Source: Escherichia coli (GTDB lineage: Bacteria > Pseudomonadota > Gammaproteobacteria > Enterobacterales > Enterobacteriaceae). From it: DNA of 64,000 bases. The notes under the pieces are model-generated. The model searched no databases. It was not told the DNA's origin and saw only the letters and a program-made list of their open reading frames with translations. The translations under genes were made by a program, and so were the position numbers. Below are positions 23,428-33,222 of the stretch, one piece after another (position 1 is the stretch's first letter; every line of letters starts with the position of its first letter). The DNA is taken from the NCBI RefSeq assembly GCF_048403405.1, contig NZ_CP183129.1; one strand, given 5' to 3'.

Positions 23428-24686
23428 GATAAAAACTCTCTTTGGGCTCGTGAAAAAAAGGCTTCATCACCGAAGTTGCCAGATTTAAGGGCGAGTGAGA
23501 CAGGTTTATCCAGTGCGTTTACCCACGGCACGCCGGGAGAAATGGTTGGGCCAATATGAAACCCTTTTATTCCCAGGCTCTGTGTGACTACGCCGGAGGT
23601 CTCACCGCCTGCGACAATAAAGCGTGTCACGCCTTCCGCTGCTAACCGCGCCGCTAGTTGAGAAAACAGTGTTTCTACTGCCTGACTGGCTTTATGTGCA
23701 CCGTATTGCTGTTGAATTGCTGCCAATGCGTCAGTGCTGGCAGTGGCAAAAACCAGTGGAGCAAGTACACTTTCCTGGCCCAGAACCCACTCTGCCAGTT
23801 CGTGTGCATAAGCGGCCAGAGTTTCAATTGAGAGGCAGCGTGCCACATCAACTTCACGGGCTGGTGCAATTTGACGGTAATGTGCTACCTGGCAGTTGGT
23901 CATTTGAGAGCATGAACCGGAGAGCACTACGCCGCGCCCAGCGAGCGGATGCCCTGCTTTGCGAGCCTGGTTACCGTTTTCTTGCGCCCACTGCCGGGCA
24001 AGGCCAATCGCCAGACCAGAACCGCCCGTTACCAGTGGGGTATCGCGCAAGGCTTCTCCCTGAATTTCCAGATGGTGTTCGGTCAGCGCATCAAGCACCG
24101 CGTAGCGGTAGCCCTCTTGCTGTAAGCGAGCCAGCTCTTGACGAACGGCATCCACACCTTGTTCGAAAACATGTGCCGAAACGACGCCGCAGCGCCCTGT
24201 GGATTGCGCTTCAACCAGACGGGGAAGATAGCTGTCGGTCATGGGATTTACCGGGTGATGGCGCATCCCGGATTCGGCCAGCAGTTGATTCATTACGAAC
24301 AAATACCCCTGATAAACCGTACGTCCGTTGACCGGCAGGGCCGGAGAGAAGACCGTAAACGGCGTGTCGAGAGCATCCATTAATGCATCGGTAACCGGGC
24401 CGATATTACCTTTCGCCGAACTGTCGAAAGTAGAGCAGTATTTGAAATAGATCTGTTTGCAACCTTGCTGTTGCAACCAGCTCAGTGCCGCCAGCGATTG
24501 CTGTGTGGCTTCAACCACCGGACAGGAACGCGTTTTCAGGCTGATCACCAGTGCGTCGATTGCTTCCGGCATTTTACCTGTTGGAACACCGTTAATTTGT
24601 ACCGTTGGTAGACCGTTTTCCACCAGAAAACTGGCGATATCCGTCGCGCCGGTAAAATCATCGGCGATAACGCCAATCTTGATCAT
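23424..24686 (-). CDS. ygbK: Four-carbon acid sugar kinase (3-oxo-tetronate kinase)
   Basis: 420 aa ORF; overlaps neighbours by 4 nt at both ends. Confidence 0.8.
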   Translation of the reverse strand: MIKIGVIADDFTGATDIASFLVENGLPTVQINGVPTGKMPEAIDALVISLKTRSCPVVEATQQSLAALSWLQQQGCKQIYFKYCSTFDSSAKGNIGPVTDALMDALDTPFTVFSPALPVNGRTVYQGYLFVMNQLLAESGMRHHPVNPMTDSYLPRLVEAQSTGRCGVVSAHVFEQGVDAVRQELARLQQEGYRYAVLDALTEHHLEIQGEALRDTPLVTGGSGLAIGLARQWAQENGNQARKAGHPLAGRGVVLSGSCSQMTNCQVAHYRQIAPAREVDVARCLSIETLAAYAHELAEWVLGQESVLAPLVFATASTDALAAIQQQYGAHKASQAVETLFSQLAARLAAEGVTRFIVAGGETSGVVTQSLGIKGFHIGPTISPGVPWVNALDKPVSLALKSGNFGDEAFFSRAQREFLS

Positions 24687-25591
24687 GATTTCGCTCCCGG
24701 TAGAGTGATGCCAGAGAAAATCTTGATAACTGCGCTATCGTCTTCTTTCCCGTAACCCGCGTTACTGGCGCTGGTGAACATATTCAATGCTGTTGAGGCC
24801 AATGGCAGCGGGAAGTGCAGGGCTTTGGCTGTATCGGCAACCAGACCAAGATCCTTAACAAAAATATCGACGGCTGAATGCGGGGTGTAATCGCCATCCA
24901 CCACATGACGCATCCGGTTTTCGAACATCCAGGAATTTCCGGCGGCATTGGTCACGACGTCATACATCACATCCAGCGGGATCCCCGCACGGGCTGCAAG
25001 TGCCATCGCTTCGGCTCCGGCAGCAATATGTACGCCCGCTAACAACTGGTGAATAATTTTTACGGTCGAACCTAGTCCCGGTTCTGCACCTATGCGATAA
25101 ACTTTTCCGGCAACGGCTTCCAGCACGGGTGCCAGTCGTTCAAAGGCAATATCGCTACCGGAGGCCATGACAGTCATTTCACCGTTAGCGGCTTTTACTG
25201 CACCACCAGAAACTGGCGCATCCAGCATTTCCAGATCGAATCCAGCCAGAGCGGTAGCAATTTCTTGCGCATCAGCACTAGCGATAGTGGAAGAAACCAT
25301 TACTGCCGTACCGGGTTTCAGATGTTGTGCAACGCCTGTTTCACCAAACAGCACCTGTTTAACCTGGGCCGCATTGACCACCAGCACCAGCAGAGCGTCC
25401 AGTTTTTCGGCAAACGTCGCGGCGTTATCAGAAACCCCGCAAGCACCTGCCTCTTTCAACGTAGCGCAGGCATTGCTGTTCAGGTCTGCGCCCCAGGTAG
25501 AAAGACCTGCGCGGACACATGACAGTGCTGCTCCCATTCCCATTGACCCTAAGCCAACGATACCGACATGAAACTCAGATCCCGTTTTCAT
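24683..25591 (-). CDS. ygbJ: NAD-dependent dehydrogenase, 3-hydroxyisobutyrate dehydrogenase family (L-threonate dehydrogenase)
   Basis: 302 aa ORF with N-terminal Rossmann motif GIVGLGSMG. Confidence 0.8.
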   Translation of the reverse strand: MKTGSEFHVGIVGLGSMGMGAALSCVRAGLSTWGADLNSNACATLKEAGACGVSDNAATFAEKLDALLVLVVNAAQVKQVLFGETGVAQHLKPGTAVMVSSTIASADAQEIATALAGFDLEMLDAPVSGGAVKAANGEMTVMASGSDIAFERLAPVLEAVAGKVYRIGAEPGLGSTVKIIHQLLAGVHIAAGAEAMALAARAGIPLDVMYDVVTNAAGNSWMFENRMRHVVDGDYTPHSAVDIFVKDLGLVADTAKALHFPLPLASTALNMFTSASNAGYGKEDDSAVIKIFSGITLPGAKS

Positions 25592-25756
25592 CTGCTCTCC
25601 TTGTTAATTTAAGTGATGTTTTGTTTGATATTGTGAATATAGGCGCTGGAAGATAACGATATGGTGAGCTGATTCACAAAAATTAACATTGTGTGTTATT
25701 TTATGTGAACTAAGCGTTAGTTGCGCCGCGCACGTTTCGCAGGCAAATAGCGTAGA

Positions 25757-26554
25757 ATGTCAGCAGGACAAAGGAAGGAGCAAAAGTTGATACCCGTAGA
25801 GCGTCGCCAAATCATCCTTGAGATGGTAGCTGAAAAAGGCATTGTCAGTATTGCTGAACTAACGGACAGAATGAATGTGTCACATATGACCATTCGTCGG
25901 GATTTACAAAAACTGGAGCAGCAGGGAGCCGTTGTGCTGGTGTCCGGAGGCGTCCAGTCTCCGGGACGCGTGGCGCATGAACCTTCTCATCAGGTAAAAA
26001 CTGCGCTGGCAATGACGCAAAAAGCGGCTATTGGCAAGCTGGCGGCAAGTCTTGTTCAGCCGGGAAGTTGTATCTATCTGGATGCGGGAACGACCACGCT
26101 AGCGATAGCACAGCATCTGATTCACATGGAGTCACTGACTGTGGTCACAAACGATTTCGTTATTGCGGACTACTTGCTCGACAACAGTAATTGCACAATT
26201 ATTCACACTGGCGGTGCAGTGTGTCGGGAAAACCGTTCCTGTGTCGGGGAAGCCGCTGCGACCATGCTGCGCAGCCTGATGATTGATCAGGCTTTTATTT
26301 CTGCATCGTCATGGAGTGTGCGGGGGATTTCTACGCCAGCGGAAGATAAAGTCACGGTGAAACGGGCGATTGCCAGTGCCAGCCGCCAGCGAGTTTTGGT
26401 CTGTGATGCGACGAAATATGGTCAGGTGGCGACATGGCTGGCGTTACCATTAAGCGAGTTTGATCAGATTATTACAGACGACGGTTTGCCGGAGAGTGCC
26501 AGTCGCGCGCTGGCGAAGCAGGATCTCTCTTTGCTGGTAGCGAAAAATGAATAA
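25757..26554 (+). CDS. ygbI: DeoR-family transcriptional regulator
   Basis: 265 aa from ATG 25757; an in-frame TTG at 25787 preceded by AGGAAGGAG is an alternative start. Divergent from ygbJ. Confidence 0.8.
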   Translation: MSAGQRKEQKLIPVERRQIILEMVAEKGIVSIAELTDRMNVSHMTIRRDLQKLEQQGAVVLVSGGVQSPGRVAHEPSHQVKTALAMTQKAAIGKLAASLVQPGSCIYLDAGTTTLAIAQHLIHMESLTVVTNDFVIADYLLDNSNCTIIHTGGAVCRENRSCVGEAAATMLRSLMIDQAFISASSWSVRGISTPAEDKVTVKRAIASASRQRVLVCDATKYGQVATWLALPLSEFDQIITDDGLPESASRALAKQDLSLLVAKNE

Positions 26555-26577
26555 TGGCCTGCAATAACACCGGGTTA

Positions 26578-26603
26578 CTCATGCTTCACAGAAGAAGCAT
26601 GAG
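26578..26603 (+). terminator. Hairpin downstream of ygbI (possible terminator)
   Basis: CTCATGCTTC / GAAGCATGAG 10-bp stem with 6-nt loop, then T-rich ACTACTTTATTTTA. Confidence 0.4.
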
Positions 26604-26604
26604 A

Positions 26605-27261
26605 CTACTTTATTTTATAAAATGACAGCCGCCCGCTTTTCGGCGATCCGGTATCAATATAAATCTGGTTTGCGAGCGTCTGAATGTTATCAAACATCAT
26701 ATGTCCAAATATAAAATAATCAGCGCCGTTTATTTGTTGTAACTCGCCATTAAGCGATTTCTGCACACGATCAACAGGCCAGAGTAGTTCTCTCTCCGCT
26801 ATTTCTTTGCCAAAGAGATATTCATTCCCCGGATAATCTGCATGTGCGATGACATATTTTATTATGTCGTTAGTGATTTCAATAATATGTGGAAGGCGAT
26901 GAAATTTCAGCAACAGATTTATTGCTTCTTGTTGTTCCGTCTCATTTAATTCAAAGAACCAGTCGCCGCCGCTGGCAAGCCACATATTTCCATCGCCAGT
27001 TTCGAATGCATCAAGCGCCATCGCTTCATGGTTGCCTTTAACCGATGTAAACCAGGGCTGGTTTAACAGGCGTAGTACGTTAAGACTCTCCGGCCCACGA
27101 TCAATATTATCGCCGACAGAAATAAGTAAGTCGGTTTCAGGGAAAAAAGAGAGTTGATGTAAGCGGGATTGTAATAATTGATAGTCACCATGAATATCAC
27201 CAACGGCCCATATATAACGATAGTGATGGGCATTAATTTTTTGATAGCGTGTAGATGGCAT
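26605..27261 (-). CDS. pphB: Serine/threonine protein phosphatase 2
   Basis: 218 aa ORF with metallophosphatase motifs (GDIHGD, GDNIDRG, GNHE). Confidence 0.9.
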   Translation of the reverse strand: MPSTRYQKINAHHYRYIWAVGDIHGDYQLLQSRLHQLSFFPETDLLISVGDNIDRGPESLNVLRLLNQPWFTSVKGNHEAMALDAFETGDGNMWLASGGDWFFELNETEQQEAINLLLKFHRLPHIIEITNDIIKYVIAHADYPGNEYLFGKEIAERELLWPVDRVQKSLNGELQQINGADYFIFGHMMFDNIQTLANQIYIDTGSPKSGRLSFYKIK

Positions 27262-27366
27262 GGTTTTACCCTGTAAAATAAGATTTCCTATTATACAGGG
27301 TGTTTTTATTTGATTCGTCAGTTGTCGTTAATATTCCCGATAGCAAAAGACTATCGGGAATTGTTA

Positions 27367-29928
27367 TTACACCAGACTCTTCAAGCGATAAATCCACTCC
27401 AGCGCCTGACGCGGAGTCAGTGAATCCGGGTCGAGGTTTTCCAGTGCCTCGACCGCAGGCGAAGTTTCTTCTGGTACGGACAGCAAAGACATCTGCGTGC
27501 CATCTACCTGCGTCGCGGCGGCATTCGGCGAAATGCTCTCCAGCTCACGCAGTTTCTGCCGCGCGCGTTTGATCACCTCTTTTGGCACGCCCGCAAGGGC
27601 TGCAACCGCCAGGCCGTAGCTTTTGCTCGCCGCGCCATCCTGCACGCTGTGCATAAAGGCAATGGTGTCGCCGTGCTCCAGTGCATCGAGATGCACGTTG
27701 GCGACGCCTTCCATTTTCTCCGGTAACTGGGTCAGCTCGAAATAGTGGGTGGCAAACAACGTCAACGCTTTAATCTTATTCGCCAGATTTTCCGCGCACG
27801 CCCACGCCAGCGACAGACCATCGTAAGTGGACGTCCCGCGCCCAATCTCATCCATCAGTACCAGACTGTACTCGGTGGCGTTATGTAAAATATTGGCGGT
27901 TTCGGTCATTTCCACCATAAAGGTTGAACGCCCGGATGCCAGATCATCCGCTGCCCCTACGCGGGTAAAGATGCGATCGATAGGTCCAATCTCGACTTTT
28001 TGTGCCGGTACATAGCTGCCGATGTAGGCCATCAGCGCAATCAGTGCGGTCTGGCGCATATAGGTACTTTTACCGCCCATATTCGGACCGGTAATGATCA
28101 ACATGCGACGCTGCGGCGACAGGTTCAGCGGGTTGGCGATAAACGGCTCATTCAGCACCTGTTCAACCACCGGATGGCGGCCTTCGGTGATGCGAATACC
28201 CGGTTTATCAATAAAGGTCGGGCAGGTGTAGTTCAGGGTATAGGCCCGTTCCGCCAGGTTCACCAGCACGTCGAGTTCCGCCAGTGCGCTCGCGCTCTGT
28301 TGCAACGCTTCCAGATGCGGCAACAGCAGGTCGAACAGCTCTTCATAAAGCTGTTTTTCCAGTGCCAGTGCTTTGCCTTTTGAAGTGAGAACTTTGTCTT
28401 CGTACTCTTTTAGCTCTGGAATAATGTAGCGCTCGGCGTTTTTCAGCGTCTGGCGACGCATGTAATTGATGGGTGCCAGATGGCTTTGTCCACGGCTGAT
28501 CTGAATGTAATAACCATGAACCGCGTTAAAGCCGACTTTCAGGGTGTCCAGGCCAGTACGTTCACGCTCGCGGACTTCCAGACGCTCCAGATAATCGGTC
28601 GCGCCGTCAGCCAGCGCGCGCCACTCATCCAGCTCTTCGTTATAGCCCGGTGCGATAACACCACCGTCGCGTACCAGCACCGGCGGTGTGTCGATGATTG
28701 CTCGCTCCAGCAGATCGCGCAGCTCGGCAAACTCGCCCATTTTTTCACGCAGCGCCTGTACCGGAGCGCTATCGACATTTTCTAACTGCGCGCGCAGCTC
28801 CGGCAGTTGCTGGAAAGCGTGACGCATACGGGCCAGATCGCGTGGGCGAGCAGTTCGTAAAGCCAGACGCGCCAGAATACGTTCCAGGTCGCCGACCTGA
28901 CGCAGTACCGGCTGCAGCTCGGCGGTGAAATCCTGCAATGCGCCAATAGTTTGCTGGCGCTCAAGCAAGACGCGGGTATCGCGCACTGGCATATGCAGCC
29001 AGCGTTTCAGCATACGGCTGCCCATCGGCGTGACGGTGCAGTCGAGCACAGAAGCCAGCGTATTTTCCGCACCGCCCGCCAGGTTCTGGGTAATTTCCAG
29101 GTTACGACGCGTCGCGGCATCCATAATGATGCTGTCCTGCTCACGTTCCATGGTGATAGAACGAATATGCGGCAGGGTCGTGCGTTGAGTATCTTTCGCA
29201 TACTGCAACAGACAACCGGCAGCACAAAGTCCGCGCGGCGCGTTCTCGACGCCAAAACCGACCAGATCGCGGGTGCCAAATTGCAGATTCAACTGCTGGC
29301 GCGCGGTGTCGATTTCAAACTCCCACAGCGGGCGACGGCGCAGTCCGCGACGACCTTCAATCAGCGACATCTCGGCGAAATTTTCTGCATACAACAGCTC
29401 TGCCGGATTAGTGCGTTGCAGCTCTGCCGCCATCGTTTCGCGGTCAGCCGGTTCGCTCAGGCGAAAACGACCGGAACTGATATCCAGCGTCGCGTAGCCG
29501 AAACCTTTGCTGTCCTGCCAGATAGCCGCCAGCAGGTTATCCTGACGCTCCTGCAACAGCGCTTCATCGCTGATGGTGCCCGGCGTAACGATACGCACAA
29601 CTTTGCGCTCAACCGGACCTTTGCTGGTCGCCGGATCGCCAATTTGTTCGCAGATGGCAACGGACTCGCCCTGATTCACCAGTTTGGCGAGGTAGTTTTC
29701 CACCGCATGGTAGGGGATCCCCGCCATCGGGATCGGCTCTCCCGCCGAAGCACCGCGTTTGGTCAGTGAAATATCCAGCAGTTGCGACGCGCGTTTTGCG
29801 TCGTCATAAAACAGTTCATAAAAATCACCCATCCGGTAAAACAGCAGGATCTCGGGATGCTGGGCTTTCAGCTTGAGATATTGCTGCATCATGGGCGTAT
29901 GGGCATCGAAATTTTCTATTGCACTCAT
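27367..29928 (-). CDS. mutS: DNA mismatch repair protein MutS
   Basis: 853 aa ORF starting [18 protein letters not shown] with Walker [10 protein letters not shown]. Confidence 0.97.
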   Translation of the reverse strand: MSAIENFDAHTPMMQQYLKLKAQHPEILLFYRMGDFYELFYDDAKRASQLLDISLTKRGASAGEPIPMAGIPYHAVENYLAKLVNQGESVAICEQIGDPATSKGPVERKVVRIVTPGTISDEALLQERQDNLLAAIWQDSKGFGYATLDISSGRFRLSEPADRETMAAELQRTNPAELLYAENFAEMSLIEGRRGLRRRPLWEFEIDTARQQLNLQFGTRDLVGFGVENAPRGLCAAGCLLQYAKDTQRTTLPHIRSITMEREQDSIIMDAATRRNLEITQNLAGGAENTLASVLDCTVTPMGSRMLKRWLHMPVRDTRVLLERQQTIGALQDFTAELQPVLRQVGDLERILARLALRTARPRDLARMRHAFQQLPELRAQLENVDSAPVQALREKMGEFAELRDLLERAIIDTPPVLVRDGGVIAPGYNEELDEWRALADGATDYLERLEVRERERTGLDTLKVGFNAVHGYYIQISRGQSHLAPINYMRRQTLKNAERYIIPELKEYEDKVLTSKGKALALEKQLYEELFDLLLPHLEALQQSASALAELDVLVNLAERAYTLNYTCPTFIDKPGIRITEGRHPVVEQVLNEPFIANPLNLSPQRRMLIITGPNMGGKSTYMRQTALIALMAYIGSYVPAQKVEIGPIDRIFTRVGAADDLASGRSTFMVEMTETANILHNATEYSLVLMDEIGRGTSTYDGLSLAWACAENLANKIKALTLFATHYFELTQLPEKMEGVANVHLDALEHGDTIAFMHSVQDGAASKSYGLAVAALAGVPKEVIKRARQKLRELESISPNAAATQVDGTQMSLLSVPEETSPAVEALENLDPDSLTPRQALEWIYRLKSLV

Positions 29929-30214
29929 GGGGTTATGTCCGGTTCCCTGATATTAAATGGGGTGTGATGGTTTTTATTTTCGTTGTAATCACATAAGGCG
30001 CACATGATACCGGAGTTAATCATTTCAGGGGAAGAAGCGAACGGCGAGTTCTTGATGCTGGTTCCGGGAAAGATGCTGTTTTGCAGCTTTTGCGTGATGC
30101 TTATGAAGCAAGTACGCAAAATTGTATCGGTTGGCTAACCCTTCTTCTTTAGAGTCATAGTGCCCTTTAAGATTAAGTTGTAATATAAATGCATCTTAAT
30201 GAGATGGAGGCAGC

Positions 30215-30559
30215 ATGTCCGGCAAGCGTATCTCTCGTGAAAAACTGACGATTAAAAAAATGATCGATCTTTATCAAGCGAAATGCCCGCAGGCGTCAGC
30301 GGAGCCGGAGCATTATGAGGCGTTGTTTACTTACGCGCAAAAGCGGCTGGATAAATGTGTGTTCGGCGAAGAGAAACCAGCCTGTAAGCAGTGTCCGGTG
30401 CACTGTTACCAGCCTGCAAAGCGTGAAGAGATGAAACAGATTATGCGTTGGGCTGGGCCGCGAATGCTGTGGCGTCATCCGATCTTAACCGTGCGTCATC
30501 TCATCGATGACAAGCGTCCGGTGCCGGAGTTGCCAGAAAAATATCGTCCAAAGAAATAA
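30215..30559 (+). CDS. ygbA: Uncharacterized protein YgbA
   Basis: 114 aa cysteine-containing ORF with GGAGG RBS, divergent from mutS as in K-12. Confidence 0.7.
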   Translation: MSGKRISREKLTIKKMIDLYQAKCPQASAEPEHYEALFTYAQKRLDKCVFGEEKPACKQCPVHCYQPAKREEMKQIMRWAGPRMLWRHPILTVRHLIDDKRPVPELPEKYRPKK

Positions 30560-30563
30560 ATCT

Positions 30564-30586
30564 GCCGGAGAGCCATACTCTCCGGC
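30564..30586. terminator. Hairpin between convergent ygbA and the molbindin gene
   Basis: GCCGGAGAG / CTCTCCGGC stem with A/T-rich flanks on both sides. Confidence 0.45.
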
Positions 30587-30597
30587 AAATAAGGCGC

Positions 30598-31026
30598 TTA
30601 CGCTTTGGTGGCAATCAGGATGGCTGATGCTTTGATCAATGCAATAACGCGCGAGCCAGTGGTGAGTTTCATTTCATCCTGACTTTCATTTGTTACCACT
30701 GCCACAATTTCAAAACCCGCATCCGTTTTGATATGGACAGTGGCGTTCACTGCGCCTTCGGTGATTGTCGACACGCTGCCAGCAAACTGGTTGCGAGCAG
30801 AGAATTTCAGTCCACAGTCTTCCGTTGCCAGCGTTACCCACGGGGCTTTAATCAGGGCAATCGCTTCTTTCCCTTTCGCCAGACCCAGCGCTTGCTGGCT
30901 GCTGTGAGTCACAATTGCCACCAGCTTTGCACCACCTGCCAGCGTCAGTTCTACTTCATCATTCACAGCGCCCATTGCTACTGCGCTAACTGTTCCGGTT
31001 AATTGATTTCTTGCTGAAACTGCCAT
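30598..31026 (-). CDS. Molybdopterin/molybdate-binding protein with two TOBE (Mop) domains
   Basis: Track ORF trimmed to ATG at 31026, which has AGGAGG 4 nt upstream; 142 aa with two repeated ~70-aa halves (SARNQLTGTVS / SARNQFAGSVS). Confidence 0.75.
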   Translation of the reverse strand: MAVSARNQLTGTVSAVAMGAVNDEVELTLAGGAKLVAIVTHSSQQALGLAKGKEAIALIKAPWVTLATEDCGLKFSARNQFAGSVSTITEGAVNATVHIKTDAGFEIVAVVTNESQDEMKLTTGSRVIALIKASAILIATKA

Positions 31027-31070
31027 ACTGCCTCCTTTCATTGAATGTTGATCGAGTATAACCACATCTG

Positions 31071-33149
31071 TTAAATCAATGCCGATTTATCAATTCCCAG
31101 TCGCTTCATCCGTGACAGCAGAGTCGTGCGTTTCAGCCCCAGACGTTGCGCAGCGCCTTTAGGCCCGGCAACCACGCCGTTAGTTTCTTTCAGCACGCGA
31201 ACAATCAACTGATATTCATCTTCGCCCTCCTGGGCGACAACCGTTGCGGCAGGCGGCGTTTCAGGCTCCGGTAAAGCAATATCTGGCAATGACAGCTGCA
31301 GCACGTTGCCGCGTGTTAGCAATACCGCGCGCTCGATGACGTTTTCCAGCTCACGCACGTTGCCCGGCCATTCCATGTTGCTCAGGATGCGCAGCGTCTC
31401 GGCAGGAATGCTGTCGATATTGCGCCCCAGACGACGGGCAATTTTGAAGGTAAAGGCTTTCGCCAGCAGCGGAATATCTTCCGGACGCTCGCGTAGTGGC
31501 GGCAGGTGGATCGGGAATACATTCAGGCGGTAATAGAGATCGCTACGGAACTCACGGTCGGCGACCATTTTTTTCAGATCGCGGTTAGTCGCGGCAATTA
31601 AACGCACGTCCGTCTGAATGATTTTGTTGCTGCCGAGACGTTCAAACTCCTGTTCCTGTAATACACGCAGCAACTTCGGCTGTAACTCCAGTGGCATATC
31701 GCCCACTTCGTCGAGGAACAGGGAGCTTTTATCCGCCAGTTCAAAACGACCAATGCGCTGGGCGCTGGCACCGGTAAAAGCCCCACGCTCATGACCAAAC
31801 AGATCGCTCTCCAGCAATCCGGCAGGCATCGCCGCGCAGTTCATTTTTACCATGCGGCGATTATTACGCCCACTGAGATTATGGATCGCGCGGGCAATCA
31901 GCTCTTTACCCGTGCCAGTTTCACCGAGGATCAGCACGGTACTGTCACTTTGCGCCACCATTTCAACTTGTTTAAGCACGCTGTACATGGCTTCGCTGCG
32001 GCCAATAATCTCGCCAAATTCACTATCAACATTGTTGAGCTGCTCGGTCAGGGCGAGGTTTTCATCAACCAGCCGTTCTTTCAGACGATGGATTTCCTGA
32101 TAGGCGAGGGCGTTATCGACAGCGATTGCCACACGTTCGGCAATCTGGCGCAGTAAATTCAGATTGGTAGTGGTAAACACTTTCTCTTCGCATTGCGCCA
32201 GTTTCAGCACGCCCAGCATGGTGTCGCCAGACATCAGCGGTAACAGGCACAAGGTTTGAATCTGGTTGCCCCAGGTGTCGAACAACATGCGTTCATAGGG
32301 GGCTAAATCGTCCCGCTCGTGGAGATTAATCAGCAGCATCTCTTTGCTTTTGAACACGCGTTCGGTGAGGGTTCCGGCTTCATCGACTTCGCTCTGTTCG
32401 TGGGCGGGATGCTGTTTATCAAGATAGTGAGTGGAGTAGATGTTGAGTTTGTTTTTACGGTGGCTGCGTAAGACGATGCTGATATCGTCAATGTCGAAGT
32501 AGTAATGGATTTCTTTGGCGACTTCGCTGACCAGTTCGTCCATATCCAGGCGGGAAAGCACCGCGTTGGTAATGGCAACCAGGATGCGGAAGTTATCGCG
32601 CTCCCGGCATAACAACTCATAGTCGACATTGTTAACGACGCGGCTCTGGATTTGTTCGGTGACGACAGAAACGATCTGCGTAAATGTTTGCAGACGATTG
32701 AACTCTTTTTCGCTCCAGGGGCGATCGTCATAACGAATAAATTCACAGCCACCAAAAATATGCCCTTCCGCCGCCAGTGGCATCAGGCAATAGTGACCAA
32801 ATTTGGGGTATAGCCCACCTGCGGCCAGCTGCGGCCAGGTTTCACAAAATTCTTCGTAACTGCAATGCAGCGTATCAGGGCGCGACAAAATGCTGCGTAC
32901 CGGACCGTGTGCCAGAACAGTTTCGTCTTCATATTTAATGGGGGGGTCTTTTTCACGCGATGCGTAATAAGACGCACGTTGAGTCTGCGCTTGCCACAAC
33001 ACAATAGCCGCGTTGTCGGCGAGCGCAGAACGCTTTACCAGTTGCGAAAGAGCCTCACACAGCGAGGCCAGATCGGGCTGCTGCAATAGTGTCCGAGTGA
33101 TGTCGAACAACCCTTGTTGTCCGAGATCACTCATCGGTGTATATGACAT
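31071..33149 (-). CDS. fhlA: Formate hydrogenlyase transcriptional activator (sigma-54 enhancer-binding protein)
   Basis: Track ORF trimmed to ATG at 33149 (MSYTPMSDLGQQGLFDITR); 692 aa; AAA+ motif GETGTGKE and C-terminal HTH. Confidence 0.95.
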   Translation of the reverse strand: MSYTPMSDLGQQGLFDITRTLLQQPDLASLCEALSQLVKRSALADNAAIVLWQAQTQRASYYASREKDPPIKYEDETVLAHGPVRSILSRPDTLHCSYEEFCETWPQLAAGGLYPKFGHYCLMPLAAEGHIFGGCEFIRYDDRPWSEKEFNRLQTFTQIVSVVTEQIQSRVVNNVDYELLCRERDNFRILVAITNAVLSRLDMDELVSEVAKEIHYYFDIDDISIVLRSHRKNKLNIYSTHYLDKQHPAHEQSEVDEAGTLTERVFKSKEMLLINLHERDDLAPYERMLFDTWGNQIQTLCLLPLMSGDTMLGVLKLAQCEEKVFTTTNLNLLRQIAERVAIAVDNALAYQEIHRLKERLVDENLALTEQLNNVDSEFGEIIGRSEAMYSVLKQVEMVAQSDSTVLILGETGTGKELIARAIHNLSGRNNRRMVKMNCAAMPAGLLESDLFGHERGAFTGASAQRIGRFELADKSSLFLDEVGDMPLELQPKLLRVLQEQEFERLGSNKIIQTDVRLIAATNRDLKKMVADREFRSDLYYRLNVFPIHLPPLRERPEDIPLLAKAFTFKIARRLGRNIDSIPAETLRILSNMEWPGNVRELENVIERAVLLTRGNVLQLSLPDIALPEPETPPAATVVAQEGEDEYQLIVRVLKETNGVVAGPKGAAQRLGLKRTTLLSRMKRLGIDKSALI

Positions 33150-33222
33150 TTTGTTCTTCCAGGAAAGCACCGCAAAGCGGTGCAAAAGGTCATTGACTAA
33201 CTATAGGAGATTTAGAATTTTA

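Noticed and set aside
33150-33185. N-terminal extensions of track ORFs from upstream TTG/GTG codons
   Set aside because: Conserved N-termini and RBS positions favour the internal ATG for fhlA, and likewise for hycE (40995), rpoS (16547), ascB (47323), ascG (48971), hydN (50181), hypF (50804), mltB (62559), hypA (36852), hypC (35650), surE (13815) and the molbindin gene (31065).
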